DNA of 64,000 bases. Origin: Octopus vulgaris (Eukaryota). Position 1 is the first letter of the stretch. Each line of letters begins with the position of its first letter. The notes beneath the pieces are model-generated. The model had not been told where the DNA came from and did not search any database. It saw only the letters and a program-made list of their open reading frames with translations. The translations under genes were made by a program, and so were the position numbers. The stretch spans positions 75,950,001 through 76,014,000 of the forward strand of contig OX597824.1 in the NCBI GenBank assembly GCA_951406725.2, read 5' to 3'. Shown here in pieces: positions 52,769 through 64,000 of this stretch.

Positions 52769-53924
52769 CATATATACACACAATGTATAACGTATTTGAT
52801 AAATGATGCAATGCAGGAGTAAAGCCTAAATATTCTTCCTAAGACAAGAAGAAACTCAGGTTGATTGGGACTTCGAAGTTTCACCAGTAGTCGCTTGTCA
52901 GGCGGTGTCTGATGATCCATTGGCTGTGAAACTCTGTCGTTTCAGTTACCTTGTATTTCTAATATATAAATATATATATGTGTGTGTGTGTTTGACAGGT
53001 AGGTGATAGGTTTATCATCCCTGCTTACAAGTAATACCACAATATATGTAGACAAGGCCCTTTGTATTAATTTGCATATTTATGTATAATTTTTTTTTTT
53101 ACTACCTGTCTCCACATATATGTATATGTGTGTGTGTGTGTGTGTGTGATCATTTCAGGCTGAGAAAATTATGTGTGTGTGTATGTATTGGAACTTATGC
53201 TTTATTGATAATGAAAATAATGATGTAAATCCATTATTATTATTATTATTATTGTTGTTGTTGTTGTTATTGTTATTCCACTAGCATGCTGGGCAAAATG
53301 CTTGGCGGCATTTTGTCCATCTTTATGCTCTCTTAAGTTCAGATTCTGCGCTTGTCATCTTTGCCTTTCATCCTTTCGGGGTTGGTAAAATAGGGACCAG
53401 TTAAAAACTGGGGGTCAATGTAATTGGCTTCCTTCACCCCTAAAAACTGCTGGCCCAGTGCCGGCCGAAATTTGAAAGAACACTAGAATTGCAGAACATT
53501 GGAAAAATGCCTCAAACATATTTTTCTCTGGTAATTTGATGTTCCGAGTTCAAACCATACTGATGTAAATATTGCTGCTCATCCTTTCGGGGTTAATAAG
53601 ATAAGGTACTAGACAAGCACTGGGGTTAATAGTATTATTGGTTGTAGCCCTCCTTATATTTCGGGCCTTGTTTCCCATACCAGAAATATTTGAAGGCATT
53701 GGTTTGTAAGAATCCTTAGAGCATTGGACAAAATTGCCATGGCAGTATTTAGCTGTGAGGTCTTTTATATTCTGATTTTAAATTCTGCAGAATTGAGTTT
53801 AGTTTTTTTACTCTTCTTCGTCATTTCAAGCTGATAAAATAAAGTACTACCAATCAAGGTGGGCTGAGGTGGGTGGTGATTGACTAATACCCTCCCTACT
53901 AAGAATGATGTCCTTGTAACAAAC

Positions 53925-54342
53925 TTTTTCTTCTTCTTCTTCTGCCTCCTCCTCCTCTTCCTCATCCACCACCACCACCTCTTCCTCCTCCTCCCTTTCT
54001 TCTTCTTCTTCTTCTTCTCCTTCTTCTCCTTCCTCTTCTGCCTCCTCCTCCTCTTCCTCATCCACATCCACCACCTCTTCCTCCTCCTCCCTTTCTTTTT
54101 CTTCTGCCTCCTCCTCCTCATCCACCACCTCCTCTTCCTCTTCCTCCTCCCTTCTCCTTCTGCCTCTTCCTCCTCATCCACCACCACCTCCCCTCCCCTT
54201 CCTCTTCCCCCTCCTCCTCCCTTCTTTTTCTGCCTCTTCCTCCTCCTCCTCATCCACCCCCTTCTTCTTTTTCTTCTTCTGCCCCCTCCCCTTTTCTTTT
54301 TCTTCTTCTTCTTCTGCCTCCTCCTCCCTTTCTTCTTCTCTT
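53925..54342. repeat. Polypyrimidine (CCT/CTT)n low-complexity tract with internal higher-order repeats
   Basis: Repeated ttctgcctcctcctcctcttcctcatccacc blocks. Confidence 0.9.
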
Positions 54343-54690
54343 CAAAATTCTGCCAAGGTTGGCTATGCTCATTATCCTTCCGGGGTTGATGTAATTGACT
54401 AGTCCCTTCCCCACCTAATTTCAGTCCTTGTGCCCTGAGTAGAAAGGATTATTATTATTATTATTAAGGTGACGAGCTGGTACAATCATTAACAAGCTGG
54501 ATGAAATGCTTAGCAGTGTTTTGCCTGTCACTGCATTCTCAGTTCAAATTCCACCAAGGTCAACTTTGCCTTTCATCCTTTTGGGGTCGATAAATTAAGT
54601 ACCAGTGAAACACTGGGGTCGATGAAATCAACTAGTCCCACCCCAAAATTTCAGCCCTTGTGCCTGTAGTAGAAAGGATTATCATTATTA

Positions 54691-54730
<40 letters not shown>

Positions 54731-56003
54731 GAAGGTGGAAAATTGATTGAATCGTTAGCATGCTAGACAAAATGCTTAGCCATATTTTGCCCTTTGCAAC
54801 ATTCAGGGTCCAAATTCTGCTGATAAATTAAGTACCAAGTGCGACTGGGGTTGATCTAATCAACTGGCCCCACTTCCTCCAAAATTTCAGGCCTTGTGCC
54901 TATAGTAGAAAGGATTATTATTATGAAAGGCGACATGCCTAGCGGTATTTTGTCTGCCGTTACGTTCTGAGTTCAAATTCCGCTGAGGTCAACTTTGCCT
55001 TTCAGCCTTTCGAGGTCGATTAAATAAGTAACAGTTATGCACTTGGGTCGATATAATCGACTTAATCCGTTTGTCTGTCCTTGTTTGTCCCCTCTATGTT
55101 TAGCCCCCTGTGTGCAATAAAGAAATAATTACTATTATTATGAAGGTGAAGGTAGCAAGCTGGCAGAATCATTAGCATGTTGTGTGACATGTTTAGCAGT
55201 ATTTTGTCAGTCCTTACGTTCTGAGTTCAAATAAGCTACCAATTGAGTACTGGGGTTGATGTAATCGACTTAACCCCCTCCTCCAAACTTAATGGGTTAT
55301 TCTTATTGGTATCAGATTATGGCACAAGGCTAGCATTAATAGGGAAGGATGAAAGTTAATTACATTGATCCCAGTGTTCGGTGGCGAGCTGGCAGTTGTT
55401 AGCATGCCGGGCGAAATGCTTAGTGGTATTTTGTCTGCCGTTACGTTCTGAGTTCAAATTCCGCTGAGGTCGACTTTGCCTTTCATCCTTTCGATTGGTC
55501 GATTAAATAAGTACCAGTTACGCACTGGGGTCGATATAATCGACTCAATCTGTTTGTCTGTCCTTGTTTGTCCTCTCTGTGTTTAGCCCCTTGTGGGTAG
55601 TAAAGAAATAGGTATTTCGTCTGCCACTATGTTCTGAGTTCAAATTCCGCCGAGGTCGACTTTGCCTTTCATCCTTTCAGGGGTCGATTAAATAAGTACC
55701 AGTTACGCACTGGGGTCGATATAATCGACTCAATCCGTTTGTCTGTCCTCGTTTGTCCTCTCTGTGTTTAGCCCCTTGTGGGTAGTAAAAAAATAGGTAT
55801 TTATTTGTTTGACACCAAAAGGACGAAAGCAAAGTCAACCTTAGTGTAATTTTAACTTAAAATGCTGGAAGAAATGCTACTTAGTATTTTGTTTGACTTG
55901 CTAATGATTCTGCCAGCTCAGAGCACTGAGGCTGATATAATCGACTAATTTCACCCCTTAAAATTGCTGGCCTTGTGTGAAAATAAGAAAGGATTATAAT
56001 TAA

Positions 56004-56400
56004 CTAGCAGTATCGCCCGGCGTTGCTCGGGTTTGTAAGGGAAATAACTATACGCCATTTTTAGAGAGTTATAGCCAAAAAAATAGCAAAAAAAATGCAT
56101 TAAAAATGGAAAAAATATGATGGTAAATTTTTTTAAAAATCGTTGACTCATCGTATACATTTTTAGAGAGTTACTTCCCTTTAAAAAAATATGCATGAAA
56201 ATGGAAAAAAATGATGGTAAATTATTTTTTAAAATCGTAGACTCATCGTAGACGCGCGCTAATACCCAGAAGGGCTCGATATGAATCACGACTATAAGAT
56301 ACCCGGTTTTGGTTAAACTGCACCGCAAAATGTGGGAGTAGTTAGGAATCTAAATCGAAGGGGACAGACACTCACACAACTACAGTTTTATATATAAAGA
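56004..56400 (-). mobile_element. Non-autonomous Helitron (same termini as 37289, different interior)
   Basis: On the minus strand it starts TCTTTATATATAAA and ends CCCGAGCAACGCCGGGCGATACTGCTAG, inserted between A and T. Confidence 0.8.
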
Positions 56401-57212
56401 TATTGTCATTAAAATGGTGAGCTGGCAGAATTGTTAGTGCAGCAGACTAAATGCCCACTGGCTTTTTCTCCTGCTCTACATTCTAAGTTCAAATACTGCC
56501 AAGGTCCATTTCGCCTGTCATTTTTTTCAGTACCAATTACACACTGGGGTTGATGTAATTGTCAAATCCCTTCTCTTTAAATTCCAGCCCTTGTGCTTAT
56601 GGTAGAAAGGATAAGTATTGTTGTTGTTGTTGTTATGAAGACGGCAAGCTGGCAGAATTGTTACCACACTGGGTAAAATGTTTCGTGGCATTTGGTCTGT
56701 CTTTACGTTCTGAGTTCAAACTGCACCAAGGTCCGAACTCGGCTTTTCTTCATTTCGGGGCTGATAAAATGAGTACCAGTTGTGCACTGGGGTTGATGAT
56801 ATTGACTTACACCCCTCCCTGAACTTGATGGCCTTGTGCCAAAATTAGAAATTATTATTATTATTATTATTATTATCAGCATGCTGGGACAAATTCCGCC
56901 AACATCGTCTTTGCCTTTCATCCTTTCGGCATTGACAGAATATGGTACCAGTTGAACACTGGGATCAATTTAATCCACTTAAGCCCCTCCCCAACTTGCT
57001 GGCCTTGTACCAAATTTTGAAACCATTATTGTCCAAATTCCGCCAAGATTGACTTTGCCTTTCATCCTTTCGAGGTCGATACCAGTTATGCACTGGGGTT
57101 GATGTTATCAACTTAATCCCTTTGTCTGTCCTTGTTTGTCCCTTGTGGGCAATAAAGAAATAAATTATTATTATTATTATTATCATCATCATCATCATCA
57201 TCATTATCATCA

Positions 57213-57253
<41 letters not shown>

Positions 57254-58547
57254 GTTAACAGTATGACCTATATGGGGATGGCATTGATTTAAAATCTCTA
57301 ATTGCCTTAGATATTTTGTCGTGTCGTTTTAGTTATCTCTCTTCATTCATGTTGCCAAATTGTGTTGAGAAATGCATGAACATCACATAATCATCACTTT
57401 TTCTGAATACTGCATTAATTACAAAAACGAAACAAAAAAAAAAATCCAAACGATCCAAATTTTGTATGATTGTTGGAATTGGTGTTTAACATGAATTTAG
57501 CCTCAAAAGGCATTCCATCCGTGACTCTCCCATTTGTATTCAGGTGGTATATTCTCAATCCTAATTATTTAATTTATTATTCTCCTCCACGACAGTACAA
57601 TGTGATTTGAGGGAGATTTAGCTGCTGTTTCTACCAGGTTTAGCAAAACATGGCTGATAATCCCTTGTTGACATGTGTTTGTGTGTATATAATTTATGTA
57701 TATATTTTTGTGTGTGTTATATATTTGTATGTATGTATGTATATCTGTGTATATTTATGCTTATATGCACGTTTATGCAAGTGCTTGCACACACAGAAAA
57801 AAAAAACACACATATACACGAATATGTGGATGTGTAATTTTATGAAAATAAATGTGTGTGTATGTATGTATGGGTGTACTTAAACATATGCACACATGTG
57901 CAAACACCTAAGCACCCAGACGCAATTTCTCTGTCTCCATCTCTGTCTGTCTGTCTGTCTCTGCAATAGTACAAAATGGAAGAGTAGCTGCAGAGTTAAA
58001 ATTTAACAAATGCCATAATATTTTGCAAGTGATAACTCCCTTCCTTACACGCATGCACACGCACATACACATACACGCACGCACACGTGGTCATGCTGAA
58101 ACACGCTGATGCACACAGCGCATGCTGAAGTATCAAAGTATCAAATTTGAAAAACATCATCTTTTCATCTCTCTCGTTTATCCCTCCATCCGCCCCCCCC
58201 TCTCTCTCTCTCTCTCGCTCTCTCCGTCTCTCCTTTTCCTTCCCCCGCTCTGTTTTATCGCCATGTTGCATATGAAAAATGAGTGGCTTTTAACGTAACC
58301 TCTTAACGACCGAGTCCACGAAATAGTAGCAGCTTATTAATGCAACACACCTTTTCGTACCTGGTGTATATGTATGCATGTATGTGTGTGTATGTATAAT
58401 GTATGCAATTGTACGTATGTGTATGTTTATGTGTATGTATGTATAATTATACAAACAGTTATATACAGACTTTAAAATATATTTGCATACACACACACAT
58501 TTTCGTAAATACATGCATAATATATTTTTGTATATGTGATTGTATAT

Positions 58548-58582
<35 letters not shown>

Positions 58583-58737
58583 TCAGACATGTAACAGTGT
58601 ATGATTGATTGATTGATTCTAGTTTCAGCTCATGAGCTGTGGCCATGCTGGGGCACCGCCATTGTGTATATATCTTTGCATATTTGCATGAATATTTATG
58701 TATACGAACACGTAACTATTTATGTATGTGTGTATAC

Positions 58738-58790
<53 letters not shown>

Positions 58791-58990
58791 CACATGTATG
58801 CATACATATATATGTAATGCATATGTATATGAAGGCATATAAGCTACTGGTTAGGGTGTTACACTCGCAATTGTGAGATCATAAGTTTGATTCCAGGATT
58901 GGGCAGCATGTTGTTTTTTTGAGCTAAAATACTCTGCTATCACTTTAACATCTAAAGTGTGGTACACCATGTACTTCCACTCCGTCCATC

Positions 58991-59041
<51 letters not shown>

Positions 59042-59438
59042 TTATTAAAGCTGGAAAGAATCTTGACCTTTAATAAAATAGTATTTTACACTACCTTTGG
59101 TGTGTGAGTGCTATTATTTCCACCTTGTTTTGTATTTACTTTCTTGTACGCACACACACACACACACTCACAAACACACACACGTGTGTGTGTATGTATA
59201 CAGGGTTGGCCAAAAGTCACCCGACAGTAAATCAAAATTCCATGAATACTGTGATTCTGTATTGACTCAAATGGAGAAAATGTGTTGCTCATGGACTTCA
59301 ATTTGAACCATTTTCATGTTTCATATATTTTGCTGCTTTTATTAAAGTCATTCAGTTGTTTAATATAAATGGAATTAATGGTTTTCATTTACTGTCAGGT
59401 GACTTTTGGCCAAAGCTATCTTTCTCTCTCTCTTTATA

Positions 59439-59478
<40 letters not shown>

Positions 59479-59783
59479 GGAATATTATTCCAAACTTAGA
59501 GGGAAAAATTCAATTTAGTAATATTAAATCAAATTTCACAATATATAAATAAATGTATATAAGTTAGAGAAGAACCACCATTTAGCAATTCAACTATGAA
59601 ATAATGGTGATATAATAAAATTATACCATATAGAAAAAAATTAGATACACAATAAAAAACATATACCAATAATTAAATAAAGTACAAAATAATAAATAAA
59701 TAGTATATAATTGGTAAATTATATACTATTTATATATTGTATATATTGGTAAATTATATACATATATTTCAATGTGTCCTTTG

Positions 59784-59815
<32 letters not shown>

Positions 59816-59817
<2 letters not shown>

Positions 59818-60197
59818 CAAACGACACATTGAAGTGTCTACCCGCTAGAAATAAGAGTTAAAACCCTCATTTGGACCACCAAAAATTACACTGAAAATAA
59901 CAGATAGAACAGTATATGGGCAAGCGAACTGAAAAAGGTCTCTCACATACCTATATAGCATAGGGTTAAGATGTACCGACGAAGGTGAGAACTTTGTGTC
60001 AAACCAGAAACCGGTCCACACATATACCTGTTCCATGAAATATATAGATTTATGCTATATAGGTATGTGAGAGATCTTTTGGTTTGCTTGACCATATACT
60101 CTTATATCTGTTATTTTCAGTGTAATTTTTGGTGGTTCAAATGAGGGTTTTAACTCTTATTTCTAGTGGGTAGACACTTCAATGTGTCCTTTGATTA
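59816..60197. mobile_element. Penelope-like terminal relic: inverted arms of about 145 bp around a degenerate hammerhead core
   Basis: Arms at 59816-59960 and 60052-60197. The loop contains CCGACGA-aggt..acc-a-GAAACCGGTC. Confidence 0.6.
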
Positions 60198-60371
60198 ATA
60201 TCATTTTAATTCTATAGCTATATAACACTGATTTAGGCCTGCAACCACCTATATTAATGTTGTTGTTATTATGGACTATTTGTATTGATTTCAATAATAA
60301 TAACAATATTAATATCTATATAAACATTCAATCCTGACTATTTTTGATGCTGATATATATATATATATATA

Positions 60372-60973
60372 GGCGCAGGAGTGGCTATGTGTTTATGTCC
60401 CCGTCACTTAGCGGTTCCGCAAAAAGAGACCAATAGAATAAGTACTGGGCTTACAAAGAATAAGTCCCGGGGTTGAGTTGCTCGATTACAGGCGGTGCTC
60501 CAGCATGGCCGCAGTCAAATGACTGAAACAAGTAAAAAGAGTAAAAGAGTATATATATATATATATATTCATTTATTCTTTTATTTGTTTCACTCATGTG
60601 ACTGCAGCCATGCTGGAGCATCCCTTTAGGTTGAACAAATCAACCCCAGGATTTATTCTTTATAAGCCTAGTATATATTCTATTGGCCTCTTTTACTGAA
60701 CCGCTAAATTATGGGGGCACAAACGCACTAAGATTGGTTGTCAAGCAATGGGGGGACAAACGCAGACATACAAACATGTATGTTTGTATGTATGTATGTA
60801 TGTATGTACGCATGCACGAATGATAGGCTTTTTTTAGTTTCTGCCTACTAAATCCACTCACAAGGCCCGAGGCTATAGTAGAAGACACTTGCACAACGTG
60901 CCATGCAGTGGGATTGAACCCAGAACCATGTGGTTGGTAAGTAAGTTACTTACCACATAGCCACTCCTGCGCC
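60372..60973. mobile_element. Tail-to-tail pair of SINE family A copies (60372-60550 +, internally deleted; 60572-60973 -)
   Basis: The first copy jumps from the head (ggcgcaggagtggctatgtg) directly to tttatgtccccgtcacttagc. The second is a diverged full copy. Confidence 0.8.
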
Positions 60974-61611
60974 TATATATATAATCTATGTGTGTGTGTC
61001 TTCGTGTTTGCTTCCCGCTCCCCACCACCACTTGACAACTGGTGTTGGTGTGCTTATGTCCCCCTTAACATTAGCTGTTTGGCAGAAGAGACAATAGAAT
61101 AAATACCAGGCTCAACAAAATGTAAATACTGGTGTTGTTTCATTCTATTAGAAATTCTTCAAGGTGGTACCCCAGTATGGCCACAGTCTGATGGACTGAA
61201 ATAAGTAAAAGATAAAAAAGATATATCACAGTGTAGCTCCAAATGTTTTCCTACTGCCCCCCCAGCCCCCCCTCTCCCCAACCTTCACTCTGAAGCACTA
61301 ACCTCTGCTATTTCTCTTTTCCCCCTCTTCTGTCATTCCTTTCCTTCTCTAACACAGTCTTGGCTTTTCACCCTCTGCCAGCAATAAACCAATTCTCCTG
61401 ATTCTGCTTCAAGTTCTCAACTCCTCCTCATCTAATGCCGCTGCTCTTTCTCCTAATCACTCTCTCACCCCTCCTCTCTTTCTCTCTCATGTGGAAACTC
61501 TTTGGTCTTGCTTGTTACATTGACTTCAGCAGTGTTGGTCGCAAAAATACATAAAAGAAAAAAAAATAAAAAGAAAAAAATGAAGGAAGAATTCAAAGCA
61601 ACCAAATACTT

Positions 61612-61842
61612 ATTTCTTTATTGCCCACAAGGGGCTAAACATAGAGGGGACAAACAAGGACAGACATAGGTATTAAGTCGATTACATCGACCCCAGTGCG
61701 TAACTGGTACTTAATTTAGCGACCCCGAAAGGATGAAAGGCAAAGTCGACCTCGGCGGAATTTGAACTCAGAACGTAACGGCAGACAAAATACCGTTAAA
61801 CATTTCGCCTGACGTGCTAACGTATCTGCCAGCTCACCGCCT
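61612..61842 (-). mobile_element. Family B SINE
   Basis: Reverse complement of head, core and tail. Confidence 0.88.
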
Positions 61843-61984
61843 TATACTGTCTGTAATATCATTGGCGCTACGAAGACCATTTAGCCATAGAAACCATGCT
61901 GAAAGTGAGACATTGCAGTGAGGTAGCGTCCACAACTGACACGTTCAGTTCTGTTGATCTCTCTAACACATGTTAGCATTGGAA

Positions 61985-62236
61985 TGTTTCTTGCCAACCA
62001 CATGGTTCTGAGTTCAGTTCCACTGTGTGACGCCTTGGGGAAGTCGTCTTCTGCTATAGCCTTGGGCCAACCAAAGCCTTGTGAGTGGTTTCATTGAACA
62101 GAAAGTGAAAGCAGCCTGTGTTCGTGCTTGTATGTACATATGTCTTCAAGTTCGTCCCCTGACCCTTACTTCCGTTGGTTTATTTCTGTCCCAGCAACTT
62201 AAGGTACCAAGCTTAACAAAGCAAAAAAAAAAAAAA

Positions 62237-62267
<31 letters not shown>

Positions 62268-62745
62268 ATTGGTTTGACTAAAATCTTTTAAAAGTATTAC
62301 TCCAGTATGGCTGCAGCCCATGGACTGAAACATGTAAAAGATAAGGTAATAATTTTGTGTTTGTAAGAGTACACACACACACACACACACACACATACTG
62401 TGTGGTAAGAAGCTTGCTTCTCAATCATATGGTTTGGGTTCAGTCCTACTGTGTGGCACCCTCTACTATAGCCTCAGGCCGGCAACAGCCTTGTGAGTGG
62501 ATTTGGTAGACGGAAACTGAAAGAAGCCCATTGTGTGTGTGTGTCTTTGTGTCTGTGCTTGTGTGACCCCCACCTCCGCTTGACAACCAGTGCTGGTGTT
62601 TTTGTGCCCCTCGTAACTTAGCAATTTGGCAAAAGAGATCTATAAAGTAAGTACTGGACCTGTAAAAAAAAAAAAAAGCACTGGGGTCGATTTAAGGCAG
62701 TGCTCCAGCATGGCTGCAGTCTAATGATTGAAACAAGTGAAAAAA
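61985..62745 (+). mobile_element. Two older SINE family A-related copies
   Basis: B-box, ttctactatagcc..ccttgtgagtgg and ccagcatggctgcag motifs repeated twice. Confidence 0.65.
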
Positions 62746-62774
62746 ATAATGTTAAAAGTTATATGTATATGCAT

Positions 62775-62979
<205 letters not shown>

Positions 62980-63456
62980 ATATATATATATATTTATTTG
63001 ACATTAGAAGGTGAAATATATGTCAGAAACAGATTTTAACTAACCTAAAGTTCGCTTAAGCCTAAACACTGCTTGGTGCTGATACTGCAGTACACACACA
63101 CATACACACAAATATATATGTATGTATATACATATATATATATCTATGTATGTATATATATATGGGTGCTGATCATAAGACTGAAAAGTTTGAACAACCA
63201 AACTCAGAACCATCGAATTTTTAAATATTTAAGAGGAAAATATAGTGGAAAAGTGTTCTAAATGAATATTTAGAATTCTGAAAGGGAGATATTTCTTAAC
63301 TTATTTACTTTTATTGCACAATGTCAGAACAACAAAGAAGCAAGCTAGTTATGGCTTATGTATTTACTTAGAAGGAAATATATATAGAATTATTTTGCAG
63401 TCATGTGATATTGGAAGACATAATGATCGAAAACTGAAATTGTTTATTTGTTAAAT

Positions 63457-63855
63457 ACTCTCTTTTACTCTTTTACTGGTTTCAGTCATTTGACTGCGGC
63501 CATGCTGGAGCAACGCCTTTAGTCGATCAAATCGACCCCGGGACTTATTCTTTGTAAGCCCAGTACCTATTTTATTGGTCCCTTTTGCCGAACCGCTAAG
63601 TGACGGGGATGTACACACACCAGCATCGGTTGTCGAGCAATGCTAGGGGGACAAACACAGACACACAAACACACACACATATATATATATACATATATAC
63701 GACAGGCTTCTTTCAGTTTCCGTCTACCAAATCCAGTCACAAGGCATTGGTCGGCCAGGGGCTTTAGTAGAAGACACTTGCCCAAGATGCCACACAGTGG
63801 GACTGAACCCGGAACCATGTGGTTAGTTAGCAAGCTACTTACCACACAGCCACTC
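63457..63855 (-). mobile_element. SINE family A
   Basis: Near full-length copy. Confidence 0.9.
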
Positions 63856-64000
63856 TGTTCTTCCCATAGTTTCATTATTTAAGATTTCCTCTTACCGTTT
63901 AATTACAAAATGTTAAATAAAATGTTTGAAAGACTGAACTGGGCTCCTGTGTCTGCTTTGGTATGCTTTCTATGGCTGGATGCCCTTCCAAATGCTAACC

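Larger units (their letters stand above)
53280..57170 (+). mobile_element. Dense, mostly co-oriented cluster of Nin-core SINEs separated by (ATT)n spacers
   Basis: Well over a dozen units with gagctggcagaa / ttgcctttcatcc / ggccttgtgcc..gaaaggattattatt. Includes a tandem family B copy at 55381-55795. Confidence 0.8.

Noticed and set aside
53765-54389. Glu-rich, Arg/Lys-rich and Leu/Phe-rich ORFs
   Set aside because: Products of a CCT/CTT low-complexity tract inside a SINE cluster, with no splice or domain support.

Overview
AT-rich, microsatellite- and retroposon-dense animal genomic DNA. The SINE, MITE and LINE repertoire is the type I associate with octopus (cephalopod) genomes, which is an inference. 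The only long intact coding stretch is a PIF/Harbinger (HARBI1/ALP1-family) transposase-like exon at 18897-19926 (+). It follows a strong phase-2 splice acceptor, has no visible TIRs and lacks the third catalytic residue (IERAFG -> ITRAFG), so it looks like a domesticated terminal exon of a spliced host gene whose constant exons lie upstream of the window. Between about 6 and 36 kb there are many further strong + strand acceptors followed by short ORFs, one resembling the C-terminal half of a BEN domain. This raises the hypothesis of a mod(mdg4)/lola-like array of alternative last exons. The rest of the window is repeats: two dominant tRNA-derived SINE families (one with a Nin/Deu-type core), V-domain SINEs, CR1, RTE and Dong/R4 LINE fragments, piggyBac-like MITEs, 8-bp-TSD MITEs, non-autonomous Helitrons, Penelope-like relics with hammerhead-ribozyme cores, a U6/SINE chimeric insertion, minisatellites and microsatellites. 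Repeat boundaries were read by eye and are approximate unless a TSD is quoted.
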